From the NCBI RefSeq assembly GCF_036321535.1, contig NC_087436.1, positions 12,524,001 through 12,588,000 on the forward strand: a stretch of 64,000 nucleotides of DNA, written 5' to 3'. Both the position numbers and the translations under genes were made by a program. The stretch's first letter is position 1; each line of letters begins with the position of its first letter. Under the pieces are notes generated by a model. It saw only the letters and a program-made list of their open reading frames with translations, had not been told where the DNA came from and made no database searches. The DNA comes from Camelus dromedarius (lineage: Eukaryota). Shown here piece after piece: positions 40,493 through 54,262 of the stretch.

Positions 40493-41049
40493 AACTTGGA
40501 CTTGAGGACAGATCGTTAGAATGTGCCCAATTTCAACAACAGAGAGAAAATATACATTATTCTTATAACCAATAACAGAAAAAAATTCCTTGGCCAGATG
40601 GAAGAATTTGACTCAGGCCTTCTCAAAAAGTCAGCCTTTTTCCAACTAAATCCTTCTCTCCCTTTGTTCTCAGGAAATTTGTATTCCCATTTTAAAGTTA
40701 CCCTGGTCTCACCCCCGGCCTGTCTCCCCTGAGTGAATTCCCCAGATACCCACCAAAACTAATTTCTTATGATCTTCAGGTCCCGCTTAGGCCTGGCACC
40801 TCCAGGAACTCACTAGCAACTTCCACTTAACTACCTTCTTTCTCATTCCTCCAAACTACTTTTGACTTTTGCCTCAAGGCCTATCAGCCTACCTCTGATA
40901 TGACTTTCCAGGGATAACCTGTTTCTTCCAAACTCTAAATGTCTCTACCAATTCAAAAACAGTTAACTCCTAACAATTATCCATTCTGTACAGATGCACA
41001 GAAACAGCAAAATCACACTGGAAAGAAATCACTAACAATGGATAAATAA

Positions 41050-41785
41050 AATAAAACAGAAAACAGACTCGTAAATACAGAGAACAAACTGGTGGTCACT
41101 AGAGAGCAGGAGGTCTGGGGACTGGGACAAGATGAGTGAAGGGGATTAAGAGGCACCCACTTCCAGTTATAAAACAAATAAGGCATGGGGATGTCACGTA
41201 CAGTAGACAGAATACAGTTAACAATATTGTAATAACTTTGCATGATGACAGATGATTACTAGACTCATTATGGTGATCAATTCATTTTGTAAATTTTTTT
41301 ATTATGTTATAGTCAGTTTACAATGTGTCAATTTTTGGTTACAGCACAATTTTTCAGTCATGCATGAATATATATATATATATTCATCTTCATATTCTTT
41401 TTCACTGTGAGCTACTACAAGATCTTGAATACATTTCCCTGTGCTATACAGCATAAACTTGTTTATCTATTTTATATATACCAGTCAGTATCTGCAAATC
41501 TTGAACTCCCAGTTTATCCCTTCCCACCGCCTTCCCCCTGGCAACCACAAGTTTGTATTCTATGTCTGTGAGTCTGCTCCTGTTTTATATATAATTTCAT
41601 TTGTCTTCTTTTTTTTCTTGGATTCCTCATATGAGAGATATCATGTGGTATTTTTCTTTTTCTTTCAGTGATCAATTCTGAACGTATGTAAATGTTGCAT
41701 CACTATTTTGTACACCTGAAACTAACATAATATTGTATGTAAATGATACTTCAACCGAAAAAAAAAAAAAAGAAAAAGAAAAAAA
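41050..41785 (+). mobile_element. Older L1 3' end split by a nested L1 insertion
   Basis: aacagactcgtaaatacagagaacaaactggtgg...tggtgatcaattc, resuming at 41669 with gtgatcaattctgaacgtatg...tacacctgaaactaac...polyA. Confidence 0.85.
41284..41668 (-). mobile_element. Younger L1 3' end inserted antisense, TSD gtgatcaattc
   Basis: tttttttattatgttatagtcagtttacaatg...tatctgcaaatcttgaactccc...cataagt-like atatgagagatatcatgtggtattt, flanked by an 11-bp direct repeat. Confidence 0.88.
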
Positions 41786-42584
41786 TGTATTTCTAAAGAG
41801 GCAGAAAAAAAATCACCACTAGGCTACAGTACACTCAACTATAGTACAGGTAATTCAACTTCTCTACTTTCAAGCTTCCTTTTAGCAATAAAAAGACAAG
41901 ACAAGAGAAAGCAGCTAGGAAACAAGATGATAATAGTAAAATGAGAGCTGAAATGCAGGAATTGAGTCAACGTCACATATAAAAACGTATTACTAATAAT
42001 AATTGGGTTTTGCAGCACAATGCTGAACCCAAGACTAAGAGGCTTTCTCTAATGACTTTGGCAATTGTGAAGCATTTTGAGTTTTCCTGAATTCTGCTTA
42101 GAGATTATGCTGACGTTTTTGGAGTGGCCAGTATATTTCTCACCAATCTATACTCTTTCATTAATTCAATTAAATGCTGATTTTTCAACTGGGAGTTTGT
42201 TATATTCTGATGTAAGCCGTCTAATCCTGGCTAAGAGTCAGCAATGCCGGGAAAGCGTTTCACAAAGAAAACTGCTTGAATATAAATGTCCCAGGGACAG
42301 TTCTCAAATTTATGATTCTAAATGTACCAGTCAGCTTTGGGTCATACTAGACAATGCCAGATTCTCAGAAAACAAAATCGTCAAGATAGAGCAGATGTTG
42401 ACAGAGTTCATCTAAAGCAAACTATTACAAAGACAGAAGGTAGAAGACTCACATCACATTTCCAGGAAAACCTTCACATGTATTGTCAGAAAGATCAGAA
42501 TCTGTGTAACTTACCCAGAAAAATGGAGGGGCCAATGTAGAGATCATTGACAGGAAAATTCGGCAAAAGAGAGAACTAAGAAAG

Positions 42585-42690
42585 TGTGTGACCTTGAACA
42601 AGGCACATGAACTCCCTGGGCCTCTGTTCCCTCATTACTGAAATAAGATAATTGGAAGAAGTGAATCTGACAATCTCTTCCTGCTCCAAG
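42585..42690. mobile_element. MIR SINE fragment
   Basis: gtgtgaccttgaacaaggcacatgaactccctgggcctctgttccctcattactgaaat. Confidence 0.65.
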
Positions 42691-43854
42691 ATACTATAAT
42701 TACACATCTGACCAGAAAGATTACAAGAGGAATTCTCCATTATCTCTTTTTTTTTCTTTCTTTCAGAACACTGATTTTTAAAATTCTTAAAAGCACCTTG
42801 GTTTGTATTTAATAATTACCTCCATCGATGCAAAAATTTTAAACTTTAAATTTTTTGCACACTTAGGATTTAAGTAGAAGAGATACATTTTATAGCTGTA
42901 AAAAGTGGGAATTAAAATATACACAAAAGACGTTCAAAAAGGAAATGGAGTAATAGCATCTTTTCTAATACAAGGTTGTTTTTTTTTACCCCCCTAAAAA
43001 AAAGCCCAGAAGGAGGTTACCAGTTTACCAAAATATTACCCCACTACATATAGGGGGATTGTGAATTCATATTTTTTCTTAATTCCATTTTCTAAATTGC
43101 CTTCAATGTCCATATATAGCTTCTATTATCAGCGGGAAAAAAAGTAAACTTGTTTATAAAGAAAGGGGAAGGGAAAAAACCCATTCTGTGTACCAGCTAT
43201 GAAGTTGTCCTTTTCATACAGAATATGTTCATGGAAATGCTATCTGCATAACTATTCTGGTTCTTTCCCGTTGTGTGATATTTTCTATTTCTTAAAACAA
43301 TTTCCTCAGTTTTAAGAAAAATTGAGGTAAATCACGCTTAAATTTAGACTGAAATTAAGGATAAAGTGAAGCAGTCAACCTGAAAATGATGACACCTAAG
43401 AGATTAGCAAACATCACTGGTCAGGACAAAGCTTCTTCAGCTTAGTGGCTGCACAGGAAGGAGGATCTGTCCAGAGGAAGCGGGTCTCTGCATCCATTTA
43501 GAGACAGCCCAGGTGACAAGGGCTTGGGGGTGGGGCTTGTGGATAACGTACCCATAGAACATGCCAATCCCAGCACCTGGGAGTCCCAGGTGGGCCCCGA
43601 CCCATGGGGTTAATGCATGAGTTGCCGAAGACTCTTCCTCAGACAAAGGTGGAAGATGACAGAGTGAGACATGGTGGCAAAGAAGAATGGGAAAGTGAGC
43701 CCCCCCCCGCCCCAAATGCAGGGCCTCTGGGTTCCCGAGGAGCTCTCTTTTCTTCCACCCGGAACCAAGAGTTTTCTCCTTCCCATCTCTGCAGCCCTCA
43801 GAATGCCTTGGGTAGAGCTGGAATAACTAACTACCAGCTAGCGATTACTATTGA

Positions 43855-44450
43855 CTAACATTTATGAGCAATTGCAAAGTCCCAGGCACTATTCTAAATA
43901 CTATACATGTTTTAACTCGTTGACTCACAACAGCACTATAGAGCGAATTTTTAAAATTAATTAATTAATTATTTTAATGTCTATCAAAGTACCATTGATT
44001 TATAATATTATATTAGCTTCAGGTGTACAACACAGTGATTCAATATTTTTATAATCCATTTAAAATTATTATAAAATATTGGCTGTATTCCCTGTGCTAT
44101 ACCCTACATCCTTGTACCTAATTTATTTACTTAATTTTTTTTCTTAGTTTTTATTGAAATGTCATCTGTTTACAATATTAGAATCATGTGTACAGCAAAG
44201 TGATTGTTATACATATGCATACATGTATATATGTTTTTTCAGATTCCTTTCCATTACAGCTCATTACAAGAAATTGAATATAGTTCCCTGTGCTATACAG
44301 AAAGTCCTTGCTAAATGTTTTTACAGATAAGGAAACCAACTCAGAGCAATTCAGGGACTTGCTCTAAGGGCAAGAGCCAGTAGTGTTGGAAGCAGCACTC
44401 AAGCCAGGCAGTCAGACCCCAGAGCTGGCATTCTTCACTCTGCTGCCTCT
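43855..44450. mobile_element. MIR SINE split by antisense L1 3' ends (~43950-44310)
   Basis: MIR halves ctaacatttatgagc...cccaggcactattcta and ttttacagataaggaaacc...gactt...ccaggcagtcagacccc flank two L1 3' pieces (caggtgtacaacacagtgatt; tagttccctgtgctatacag). Confidence 0.75.
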
Positions 44451-47400
44451 CTGCAAGTGGAATACAGGAAGGAGGGAAGGAGATGAAAGATCTTATAATG
44501 AAGAGAGAGATTATTCCAAGTTTAGGGGACAGTAAAGAAAATCAACAAAATGTAACGCTAGTAATCCACAGAGGCAGAGACAAGGCTCTGGCTTCCAGGT
44601 GCGGATTCCCGTTATCTTAGATGGAAGCTGCATCTTCAGTCCCTAGATCCCTAGCTGGAGGATGCCTGAAAGGCAAGACAATCAAAAAGAACTGTTTAGG
44701 TTAGAGATATGTAATCGCCATGCAGAGAGGAGATTGAAACTGTAGTCAGCAACGCCAAAATAAACCCTTTCCATAATTTAAAAAAAAAAAATCTCACCTC
44801 TCAGTAATTCTCCAATCTAACTGAAATCTACCTCTGTGGGACAGATGTACAGATAAACCACGATTCAGTAGTTGAGTCTCCTTTCAGCACAAATAATATC
44901 TGGGCTGAATTCTCAGCTGCAAATATTCTTCAAGCTAGACAAAATCAAGAGTAATAGAAAAGCTCTGCTTTTACATGTCTGAAATATACATCCCAAAATC
45001 TCCACTTGGGAATAAAAGTAGTTGTGTATGTATGTATTTTTTAATATATTATATGTATATACTACAGTGCCTGGCTGGAGACTGAGGTGGGGGTTTTTGT
45101 GAAGGGCATATATTGAGGGAACGCTCTTAGGAGGAACCTCAGGGAAGTGGGGGGAGCTCAGCCATCATGTGGCCTCGACTGGAGACCCCAGGGATGACCA
45201 CTCCTTAATGCAAGAAGGCAGTTTTCTGTATCCCTGTGTCAGTCAGTCATTGGGCAGGGTCTTCGGTGGAGGGAAGGGTGAAAAAACAAGGAGAGAACCA
45301 CCCTGTTGATTTGGTTCCCATTTGGCCATGGGTAATTGTCCAGGGAGGGAGCTGCTATGAGCTGTGAGTAGCCAGCCTTCAGCAGGAGTAGGAGCTATCA
45401 ATGGGAGGCGGGTGAGACATCAAAAGCGTCCAATGCAGTTCACCATAGCTACTGAACCCCATCCACAAATAAAATAAAACAAATCAAGAAAAAGTAGTAG
45501 AATACAAAAAGTAGGAACCTACTGATCTCAATTAAGTAAAAGTACATTTAGGAATACGTACAAAAATGTCTTTTAAATAGGGTTCCCTGTCTTTTTCATT
45601 ATGTTATCTTCTCCTGCCTAAGACATAGGAGACAAGTAATAAACATGGAGTTGTTGATTGGTCTAATCATTGTTCCTAGAACAATGATCCACTGCCACAT
45701 CACCCAAGTAGGGAATCCACAGGTTCTGTTAAGGCTCCTGGAAACACCTAGGGATTGTGGCTATGCAACTGGCAGTGACGAGATAATCTTCAGGAATTCA
45801 GCCCCGCCTTAAGGAAGAATGTTAAATATGGAGCTTGTTGCTCCTTCCTGCTTAAACTTTCTTTTTCTAATGTATTTTCAGAGCTTATTGAACACAATAA
45901 CACATGCTTACATTTGGATTTTTTTAAGGAAATCCAAACACCTAACCTCATATCTGCATTTATTAAATCCCAGAATGTTAAGGAGGTAAAATATTCATGG
46001 GATGCAAATGGTAATAATGACATTATTCCTATGTCCCATTTGTTGGAAATGTGGTGACTGCAGCCTTCTCACATTCTATTACCAAAGCTATGACCCTCAA
46101 TAAGTAATATAACCAAACTTCCCAGTATGCCCCACCCCATCCAAGTTTTTGCCTAAGTCACCCTGTGAATAAACTTCAGTCTTGAAGGGAGTTAGAAGAA
46201 CCCAAGATGGTGCCCAGAGTTTTGGGGATCCCAGTCAACTCTGATTTGCTGGTACAACCCTAATCAGAATGATCACAACATTAAGCTATATTTAGCCCCA
46301 CCCCTACTCCTCATGGAGCAGGTAACAGAAAATGGGCTACCTCGGAGTATCCTTTAGTCTGCTAGAGGACTGAGGCTCTGAGCTCTCTGCATCCTTTTAG
46401 TCCAGGGGCCCTCAGCCCCACTAGGATCCTGGCCTCTAAATTCCACATTTTGCATATCTACCCTAAGCACCATTTTTAAATATACTTTCATTCTCTGATC
46501 TAGATGAGCCTAAGGCTGATTTGTCTTCAGATATTACACAGTTATCTTCAGTATTCTGTATTCTAACCAAATGGCATACACCTTTTGTTCTAATACCCAT
46601 CTCAATGAAGAAGTCTTCAAAAATGAAAAACCGAAAACAAAACCTGAGTTGAAAATCATTCCTAATCTCCACACTTCGAAGACAATCCCTGCTAGTCTTT
46701 CGATATTTTCCTTCCTGTCCTTTTTTTTAACGAATTAACTTATGTACTATGGGCACAAATGTACTCTAGTACATTATTACCTGCAGCCTTTTTTATTTAT
46801 TACATCTTTCTCATATCAAATTCAACAACATGACTTTAAGCGACTCCCTGGAATCCGTTGTATGGATGTGTCATCATGGTTTAATCAATCCCTGTTTGGT
46901 TTTCACTCTCTCACCTACCCAACCCGTTCCCCCAATTAGTCTAGTAGCTTGTGAACCAAGGAGAAGAGGACAGGAGGAACTGGGGACATGGGAGAAGCTG
47001 AAGTGGCTTCAGGCGGCTTTGGTGAGAGGATGGTAACCGCTCCAGTGTCAGTTCATGACTCAAGCTGCCCCCACAATGCCCTCAGCATCAGCTTGATGGA
47101 GCCAAAGAGATCTGAGGACTTTTTCAGTCCAAAGTATGACTGGAGACAGCTCTTCCTTTTTTCCTTATTTCCTGCCACCAGGTATAAATTTACATCTGGT
47201 TAATAAATAAATTCCACTTCAACTTCCATTTCATTTATATTTTTCTATGGAAAATAAATTGTATGGTGCCAGTAATGCATAAAATATCATAATTCTCTTT
47301 TCTGTATCAAATCTGAAAATAAATTTGAAAAGCTACACATTATAACTCTGACATTTGCTTTTCTGACTTTTTTTTTTTTGTTCCAGCTAAGACAAGGTCT

Positions 47401-48632
47401 TTTTATACTTTTGGAACAAATTCATTTATTTCTGGTACATAGTAAACCCAAGCTCAAAGTATCAGGTTCACAAAGAGATGCTCACTTTCTTAAATATGAA
47501 ACACGAAACACAAGGAATGGGCTTGTAGTCAATACAAGAACATGGACAAATGTGCGTCCTCTATCACATGAACAAGGAAAAGAGAATCAATGGTGTCCAT
47601 CCCTAAAGTGACATGTGAGATGGCTTAAAATAACAACATGACTGTGAAAAATATCTAAATTCAAAACTGTTCATTTTAATTATAACAATTTATTTCCCAC
47701 AGACTTTAATTTAGAATTAGAAACAGCACCACCCTTAAGCTATCTCAGGCTAGATTTAGATTGTCTTTGTTTCTCATCCGTACAAATCCGAAGTATGGAT
47801 ACTGTAGTTTTTCTCTTTTGTATGTAACTCAAATGGTTTTACCAAAATAAATAAATAAATAAATAACCCTGTCTTTGGCCAGTCAAATAAAATAAGATTG
47901 AATCATATCCCAGGAGGGGAGATAGAATAGCCCTTCATTCCTCCAATTACTCCAGCACGTGGAGGGATGGAGTCTCGTGGATTCAGATGACCGTCTGACT
48001 CTGACTCCTGTTTTAGCTTATGGGTCATTGTAACCTTCCTCTCTACCATGTCAACCCAGATGTAAAACTGAAAGCTGGTTCCTTTTTGCCACTGGAATCC
48101 ACTTTCACAAGGCTTCTGTGTTTCAAGCCTTGTGCTGAAAGCTTTAGTGAGACAGGTTTACAATTTAAAACTGTAAAGTCGGATCTTAAAATACCTCTTC
48201 TTCCTCTTCCAAACAGCTATATTTTGGTTGCTCTTTTGCTTTTAGTGTATTAAACAAAAACAAGTTCCTTTCTGTGCCTCTGAACTCTGAGGTTTACAAG
48301 AGTGAAGGTTTTGTTCCCACACGGCCTCTTCAACCCCAGACAGCACAAACTTTTGTGTATTTTTCTTTCTCTTTCAGGCAGCCTTACCCAAGGTACATGA
48401 GTCCAAACTAGCACTCTCATACCTAATGAGGAGTTCCTGAAATCTGGTGCACACAGGGGAATGGCCCATTATTACATCTAGTAAGAGGTCTGCAATAGTG
48501 ATTAAGAATAAATGTCCAACTATATTCAGCAACAAGAGGAATGTATTAGTCAGTCTTATCGGGAAGCCCAGAGGCTGGATAAACCTCAGAGCTGGTTTAT
48601 ACAGTGACATCATAAGGACACAGTGCCCTTTG

Positions 48633-48720
48633 GAAAATGAATCACTATGCTGCACACTGGAAATTAACACAACATTGTAAATCGACTATATTTCAATTAA
48701 GAAAAAAAGAAATTAGAAAA
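48633..48720 (+). mobile_element. Short L1 3' terminus
   Basis: gaatcactatgctgcacactggaaattaacacaacattgtaaatcgactatatttcaatt followed by an A-rich tail. Confidence 0.85.
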
Positions 48721-48738
48721 CAAGAGAGTATAAAAATA

Positions 48739-48795
<57 letters not shown>
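48739..48795 (+). repeat. (AAT)n microsatellite
   Basis: Directly visible; it produces the poly-N run in ORF 48637..48888. Confidence 0.97.
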
Positions 48796-48797
<2 letters not shown>

Positions 48798-49177
48798 AGA
48801 CACAGTGCCCGGCATGCTCAGGGCCATCCCGGAACTGTCTCACTACGGCTGCAGGAAAGTGACCGCTGTGTCCTCATCTCACCAGTAAGAAACAGAGCTT
48901 GATTTCTACAACCATTGAACAAAATTCCTCAGATTTTCAGTAATGGAACCATCCCCAACTATCCCTTGTAGCGGGGACCATGCAAGGCACTAACTGGCGT
49001 AGCACATTACCAGAACTGTGGCGAGGAGAAGGGGACTACCCTCTTGGTTTACATCAAGCCAGGCTGGAGACGGGGCCAGTGTTAATGCGGGAGGTGTTGA
49101 TGGATGTTGAGAAGACTCCCAGCATCCAGAGCGAAAGGGAGACCTCATCTGCGGGGCCCGCAGCCGGCAGCGCGCTC

Positions 49178-49205
49178 TGCAGGGACTGTCCGCTAGAGGG
49201 AGCTA
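49178..49205 (+). promoter_or_regulatory. Candidate CTCF site with upstream motif
   Basis: tgcag-ggac-TGTCCGCTAGAGGGAGCTA matches the CTCF core at tolerated positions plus the TGCAG upstream module, in a CpG-rich patch. Confidence 0.55.
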
Positions 49206-49505
49206 TGAGTTTCAGCAGCGTTTAGAGAAGGATATGTGAGGGTGGTCAGAAGACGTTAAGACAGAGACGGGGAAACAGATCCTGAATCTTAACACTCCAG
49301 TAAAAAGAAAATCCATATCCCATAAGGCCGGGGATGCTGGAGGAGGAGACAAGGGTGGAAAAGGGATCAGATTACTCAGTACTTACATTAAAGCTGCCCC
49401 AGGCCAGCTACCCTAGGCTTTTCAGGCTGATATGGTAGCAGTAAATTTGGTTGCATGTGGGAAAAGTAAAAGTGAGAGCTGGTTAGGGCTGCTTGAGCCA
49501 GATTC

Positions 49506-49650
49506 TTTGTTTAATTTATTTTTTTATTATTAATTTCTTTTATAATTAATCTGTGTGTAATTCTTTTTTTTTTAATGGAGGTACTGGGGCAGGATCCCAG
49601 GACCTTATGCATGCTAAGCATGCACTGTACCACTGAGCTATCCCCCCACT
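49506..49650 (-). mobile_element. tRNA-derived SINE (camelid Vic-1-like)
   Basis: Antisense ggatagctcagtggtacagtgcatgcttagcatgcataaggtcctggg, with TSD ttgagccagattc. Confidence 0.92.
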
Positions 49651-50737
49651 TTGAGCCAGATTCGTAAGTCCAGGCACACAGAAGAAGAGAAGACATCCAA
49701 GTGACCTGCTCAGGGAACACCAGCTCTAGAAAAGGAAAGAGTGCCCGCAGAATGTTCTAGCATTTGCACAGCACATCTCCTTTTGAGAGTGAAAGCTCTT
49801 GCCCTAAACCCTCTCTAGAACATTATCAGAGTGATACAGGGTAGAGAAACTTTGAATTCCCTCTTTGCAGAAGCTTCCCAGACACTAATTATACCTCAAA
49901 ATGCCTTGTTGATAACGTTCAACATTTAGTACTTGCAACAGAGAATGAAGTTGTAAGAAAACTTCCTTTCGTCGGTGCGGATTCAGGACGATTAAAGTGG
50001 GAATACTGGTGAGCCTCTGTGATACTCATTTTGGTGATGAGAACACGTCTTCAGATGACCATGCTGCGTGTGAGACGCACGGAAGGCCAGTGCGTGTGGG
50101 TGTAAAAGAATTTAACGCATTTAGCCAAGACCACAGGAGTTAAGAACAAAAGGAAAGTTTGAGAGTTACACTGCTACAGGCAACAGCGGGCCACACAGAA
50201 GGGAGGTACCTGTGGGGCCCCCCGATGGTGGACGTGCAAGGACTTTTATTGGGGAAGGGGCTGTGAACACAAGAAGCAAGGGAGCTGCATGATTAATTCG
50301 TGCACAGGTACCTGAATGGTTGTAAGGAACCAGGAACTTCTCTGAATAACAGGATTTAGGACTCTGATGAGGGAGGGCAGGATGTGTCCTGAGACACGGG
50401 AACGCCACTCCCTGCTCCTGTGCCTAAAGCCACCTCAGTGCCCTCGACACAGGATGTCCACAGCCAAGGCTGTCCTGTCCACTGAGAAAGAAAAGAACAA
50501 TTTGAGAGAGGAAGGAAGAAAGGAGGAAAGGAGGAAGGAAGAGAGGCCTCGATTACAGAGTAAAGTGGTTCCTCTTTAAGAGAACCCGTCCGCTTGCTCG
50601 AGACGTACTAAGCTAGTTCCACATAAAAGCATAAAAGAACATTCGTGATCTTACGAACCTAAGAAGCCTAGGGATTCACCACCAAGTCCAGTGAGTCGAC
50701 CCTCCTGCTGTGTACATGCCATCAGTAGCAAAGGATG

Positions 50738-50870
50738 GAGGGAGGGTATAGCTCAAGTGGTAAGAGTGCGTGCTTGGCCTGCACGAGGTCCTGGGTTCAA
50801 TCCCCGCTACCTCCATCAAGAAAAACAACTAAGTAAGTAAATCTAGTTACTGCCTCCTCCAAAAGAAAAT
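50738..50870 (+). mobile_element. tRNA-derived SINE (camelid Vic-1-like)
   Basis: gggagggtatagctcaagtggtaagag...gaggtcctgggttcaatcccc, with degenerate TSD agt(a/g)gcaa(a/g)ggatgg. Confidence 0.92.
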
Positions 50871-52859
50871 GAGTGGCAAGGGATGGAGCCCTCATTTAAA
50901 ATTTGAGTTTGAGGTCCTTGTTTCCACAACGGTCTTCTCAGGCTCCCAATACCCTCGACACTTTCCAAGAAGTCCTTTCACTACCCTGGATACCTGCTCC
51001 TTCCCTCCACTCAGAAGAGGAAGAGGAAATGGGAGACAAAAATAATAAGGATGATAATGTCAGCTTTTGTTTGTTTTATTTTCTTTCAGTTAAAATCATG
51101 TTTTGTATTACAATGGCTAAAGTCCTGCTCATCATGTGTCTTAATCCTCCACATCCTGGGACTCACTGCTCAGATTTAGTGTCAAGTAGCATTTGTGCTG
51201 GGTCTTCTTTAATCAACAGATCAGGTTTATTTGCAGTTCTCAAGATAAATTTCAAATGTTCTTCTCTGGCAAGTTCCATGCGTTCCTCCAGAAAGGGGCT
51301 TACAAGACAATATCCACAAAGTGTGAAAATAGAAATTTCAAATCGGCCTCAAGTCAAGTGATGACAAATAGGAACCTGACAAAATGGGCTCCATTAAGGA
51401 GTTCTGCTGTGTATTCTGACCTTCACAGAAATTAAATTTTGATTTGCCTTCCTCCTGTTCTTCTGGTTGCCACCAAATGTGATGACACCTTATTGAGTCT
51501 CAGCACAATATCTGTTGTCAGGGCAACACTTTTCATGTCTCAACTTCCTAAACTAAAAAAAATGTTGAAACCTGCCCAATCTATCCCTGGGCAGAAAATG
51601 GATGGAAATAAATGAGATTTGATGAAAACACTTTGCCTTATCAAAGGAGGAAGGAGAGTGACATAAATACGAGAGTGGGATAGCTGGGAGCAAAAAGAAA
51701 AACAGAAATTTAGTCCTGCGCTATCCCAATGTAAATCTGATTTTGAGCATTCTAACACTATGGGCACGCATCAGGGATAAAATCACCTTCAATTAGACTT
51801 AAATAGAGAAAGGAGTGTGATACAATGCCTTCTGACTGGATGCCAACATGAAATAAATCCCTGGTGGTTCAAAATGCTTAAGGAATAGGCACCAGGAAGC
51901 TAATCCCACTGGGATGTAATTCCATCTCCACCTTTCCTCCAGCTCCTCATTAAACCCACACACTTTTGTCTGCTCTGCATTTGTTATCAATATGCATCTA
52001 CATTAGTCTTATAACCAATAACAGAAAAAAAATCAGTGCCCCTCATCTTGCACACAGCAGTACTTTTCTTCTCATGTCTTCTGTAGCGGCTGCAAATGAG
52101 ATGAATCAAGCTACAGACAGTAAAAGAATTCGGAGAACAAATCCCATTATATAAATGTAATTTACATCAAAATGGAGATTCATCTGTGGAAAGAGCTGAA
52201 AGGCCTTTGCTAAACTGTTTTTGCCTCCATTAGAAATACAAATTGAAATAGGAAAAAAAAATGCTATTTTTCCCTCTTTAAGATTTAAGCACATGTTACA
52301 TCTGAAATATGTGTAGTTTACTGTACAGGAATCATATCACAATCGAGGTGTTTAAAAAGGATTTAAGCACGTGTTGATGCTAAAGACAATAAATCAAATA
52401 TTTTTCTTCCCATTTGAAGGGGAAGCGATGGGCTTCTCTGAACACAGGATTACAAGGTGCGTGGCCAGGCTGTCCTACAGAGTCCGTCCCATGTCATAGT
52501 CCATCTGGTCAGTTTCCATCAACGGCATGTGGATATTGGCTGGAAAAAAAAAACAAAAAAAAACAGAAACTGAGACTTTTGCATAAGAAAGTGACTGGTC
52601 CGGTCGGGTGACATCACGTGGTTTACTCACACCGTACTTCCAGCAGAACACTGTACATCATTTCAAGAAGTAGCTTTGTATCTACTGAACATTCTTTCTC
52701 TCACTTTCCCTCCAACCTCTTGAGATGCACAGGGACACAAAATGTTCTTGTGCGAATTATTGATTTCACTCAGTGCAGTTCTGAAATCTTAATGTGTCCA
52801 AAAAAGATCATTACATGGTACTGTTAAATTTGCCCAAAAGTATTAAATCTGTGCATGTC

Positions 52860-53330
52860 ACAGCATGAGTTCCCTGGGAAACATACTATGAGAAAGTTTA
52901 CTGGGAAGGGCCTGTAGCATCGAGGGCTGTGGAGGAGGAAGGACGGAGGACTGGGCAGGGGGAGGACTCGGTCTGCTCTGTCGTCGCACAGAGGCCTCAG
53001 GTGCTCCCGCTGGGACCTCAGGGCTGGGAGCGCCCTTCAGCGTAGTCTTAAACTGGGGCAAGAAGACAAGCCTTTACATCCCCTCTTGGACCAGTTGTTA
53101 AACTCAAGCTGACTGAGGAGGTCTCTAAGGGTGACCTTGGGCTAAGCTGCTCTCCACCGCCAAGGGCAATTCTTGGGGTGGGACTCAGCTGAGAGTGTTC
53201 AGCCCAGCCTCTCAGTGTCTCACCTCCAGAGGTGGGAGATGCAGGCTGTGTACACAGCATCCCCTGCAGTGCAACAGAATCTACCTGCATCATCTCCACG
53301 GTTCTCGACAAAACAGCCAGCGGCGATGTG
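52860..53330. mobile_element. Old ERVL-type LTR (LTR33/LTR16-like); a similar remnant lies at ~45065-45440
   Basis: gttccctgggaaacatac...gtttactgggaag...ggactgggcagggggagg...cagaggcctcag...gggctgggagcgcccttcag. Confidence 0.5.
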
Positions 53331-53559
53331 CCGCCTGTATACACTTGATGGGTGCTAAGATCACTGCCACTCCACTCTTTGACCACTTCTGACAAAGGCA
53401 AGGGTTATATTTTTCATCTGCTTATCAAGTGATGTTTTAAATACTGTCCATTCAGTGTGGTAATCTTGCTATGGTTGTTGTGCCTGAGATGTGACTAACA
53501 CATACTAGTAAATTGTTTGGGGGACATTTGTATTTTTAATACAGTTTAAATTAAAATGT

Positions 53560-53760
53560 AGGGTTTCTTACCAGCAGCAACACTACTGATATTTTAGGCC
53601 AGATAACTTTTCGCTGTGAGGGCTCTCCCGTGCTGGGTAGGATGTTAACCAGCATCCTTGGTCTCTACCCACTAGAAAATGCTATCCACTAATAGCATTT
53701 CCCCCCACGGTTGTGACAATGTCTCCAGACATTGCCAAATGTCTCCTGAGGGCAAAGCGG
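53560..53760. mobile_element. MER20 DNA transposon
   Basis: cactactgatattttaggccagataac...ggatgttaaccagcatccttggtctctacccactaga...gttgtgacaatgtctccagacattgccaaatgtc. Confidence 0.9.
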
Positions 53761-54262
53761 TCCACTTAACAGCAGACACTGAGAGCCACACAAACCAGAC
53801 AGGACACAGAACCACTGAGCCAGCCTGTGATGCTCACACACTCAGGCACAGCAGATGGGTTTGAGATGATCCAACGGGAACCTCCTCTTGCGTTCTGCCA
53901 CCAAGACACAGACTCTTCTTTGTGGAGAACTACGCTCAAGACTGGTGAATATTTTCCCTCCCATAGAGGGTCACTGAGACATGAGATTTAAAATAAGCCC
54001 TGCCCAAATGATTTGTTCCACAGGTGGGCTGTGAGGTCCGTTTGGGTCTCTCCCGCCTCTCCCCTCCTTCAGCACTTACCTCCTGTGGTCCTCAGGCATC
54101 CTCACTCATGAGTGAGTGTCTGACCCTGTGCCTCTCAAAGCAGCAGCACAGAAAACCCTCCTGGGGGCGCCACCCTCTCCAGAAAGGAAAATGCTGTCTG
54201 CGAGGAAAGGACTAAGTTAGCAAGGTTGGGAAAGACACTAAGAATCAAAAGGAGAGAACATG

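Noticed and set aside
45667..45689. Short hairpins and palindromes here and at ~27693, ~42830 and ~61508
   Set aside because: Stems of 8-13 bp are expected by chance in 64 kb of AT-rich DNA and have no supporting context.
50903..51361. 152-aa ORF and other 100-150 aa ORFs (14491, 30917, 34099)
   Set aside because: No recognisable domain; several have non-ATG starts or overlap repeats, and there is no exon structure.
52080..52400. Repeat-free AT-rich block resembling a conserved enhancer
   Set aside because: Conservation cannot be judged from a single sequence.
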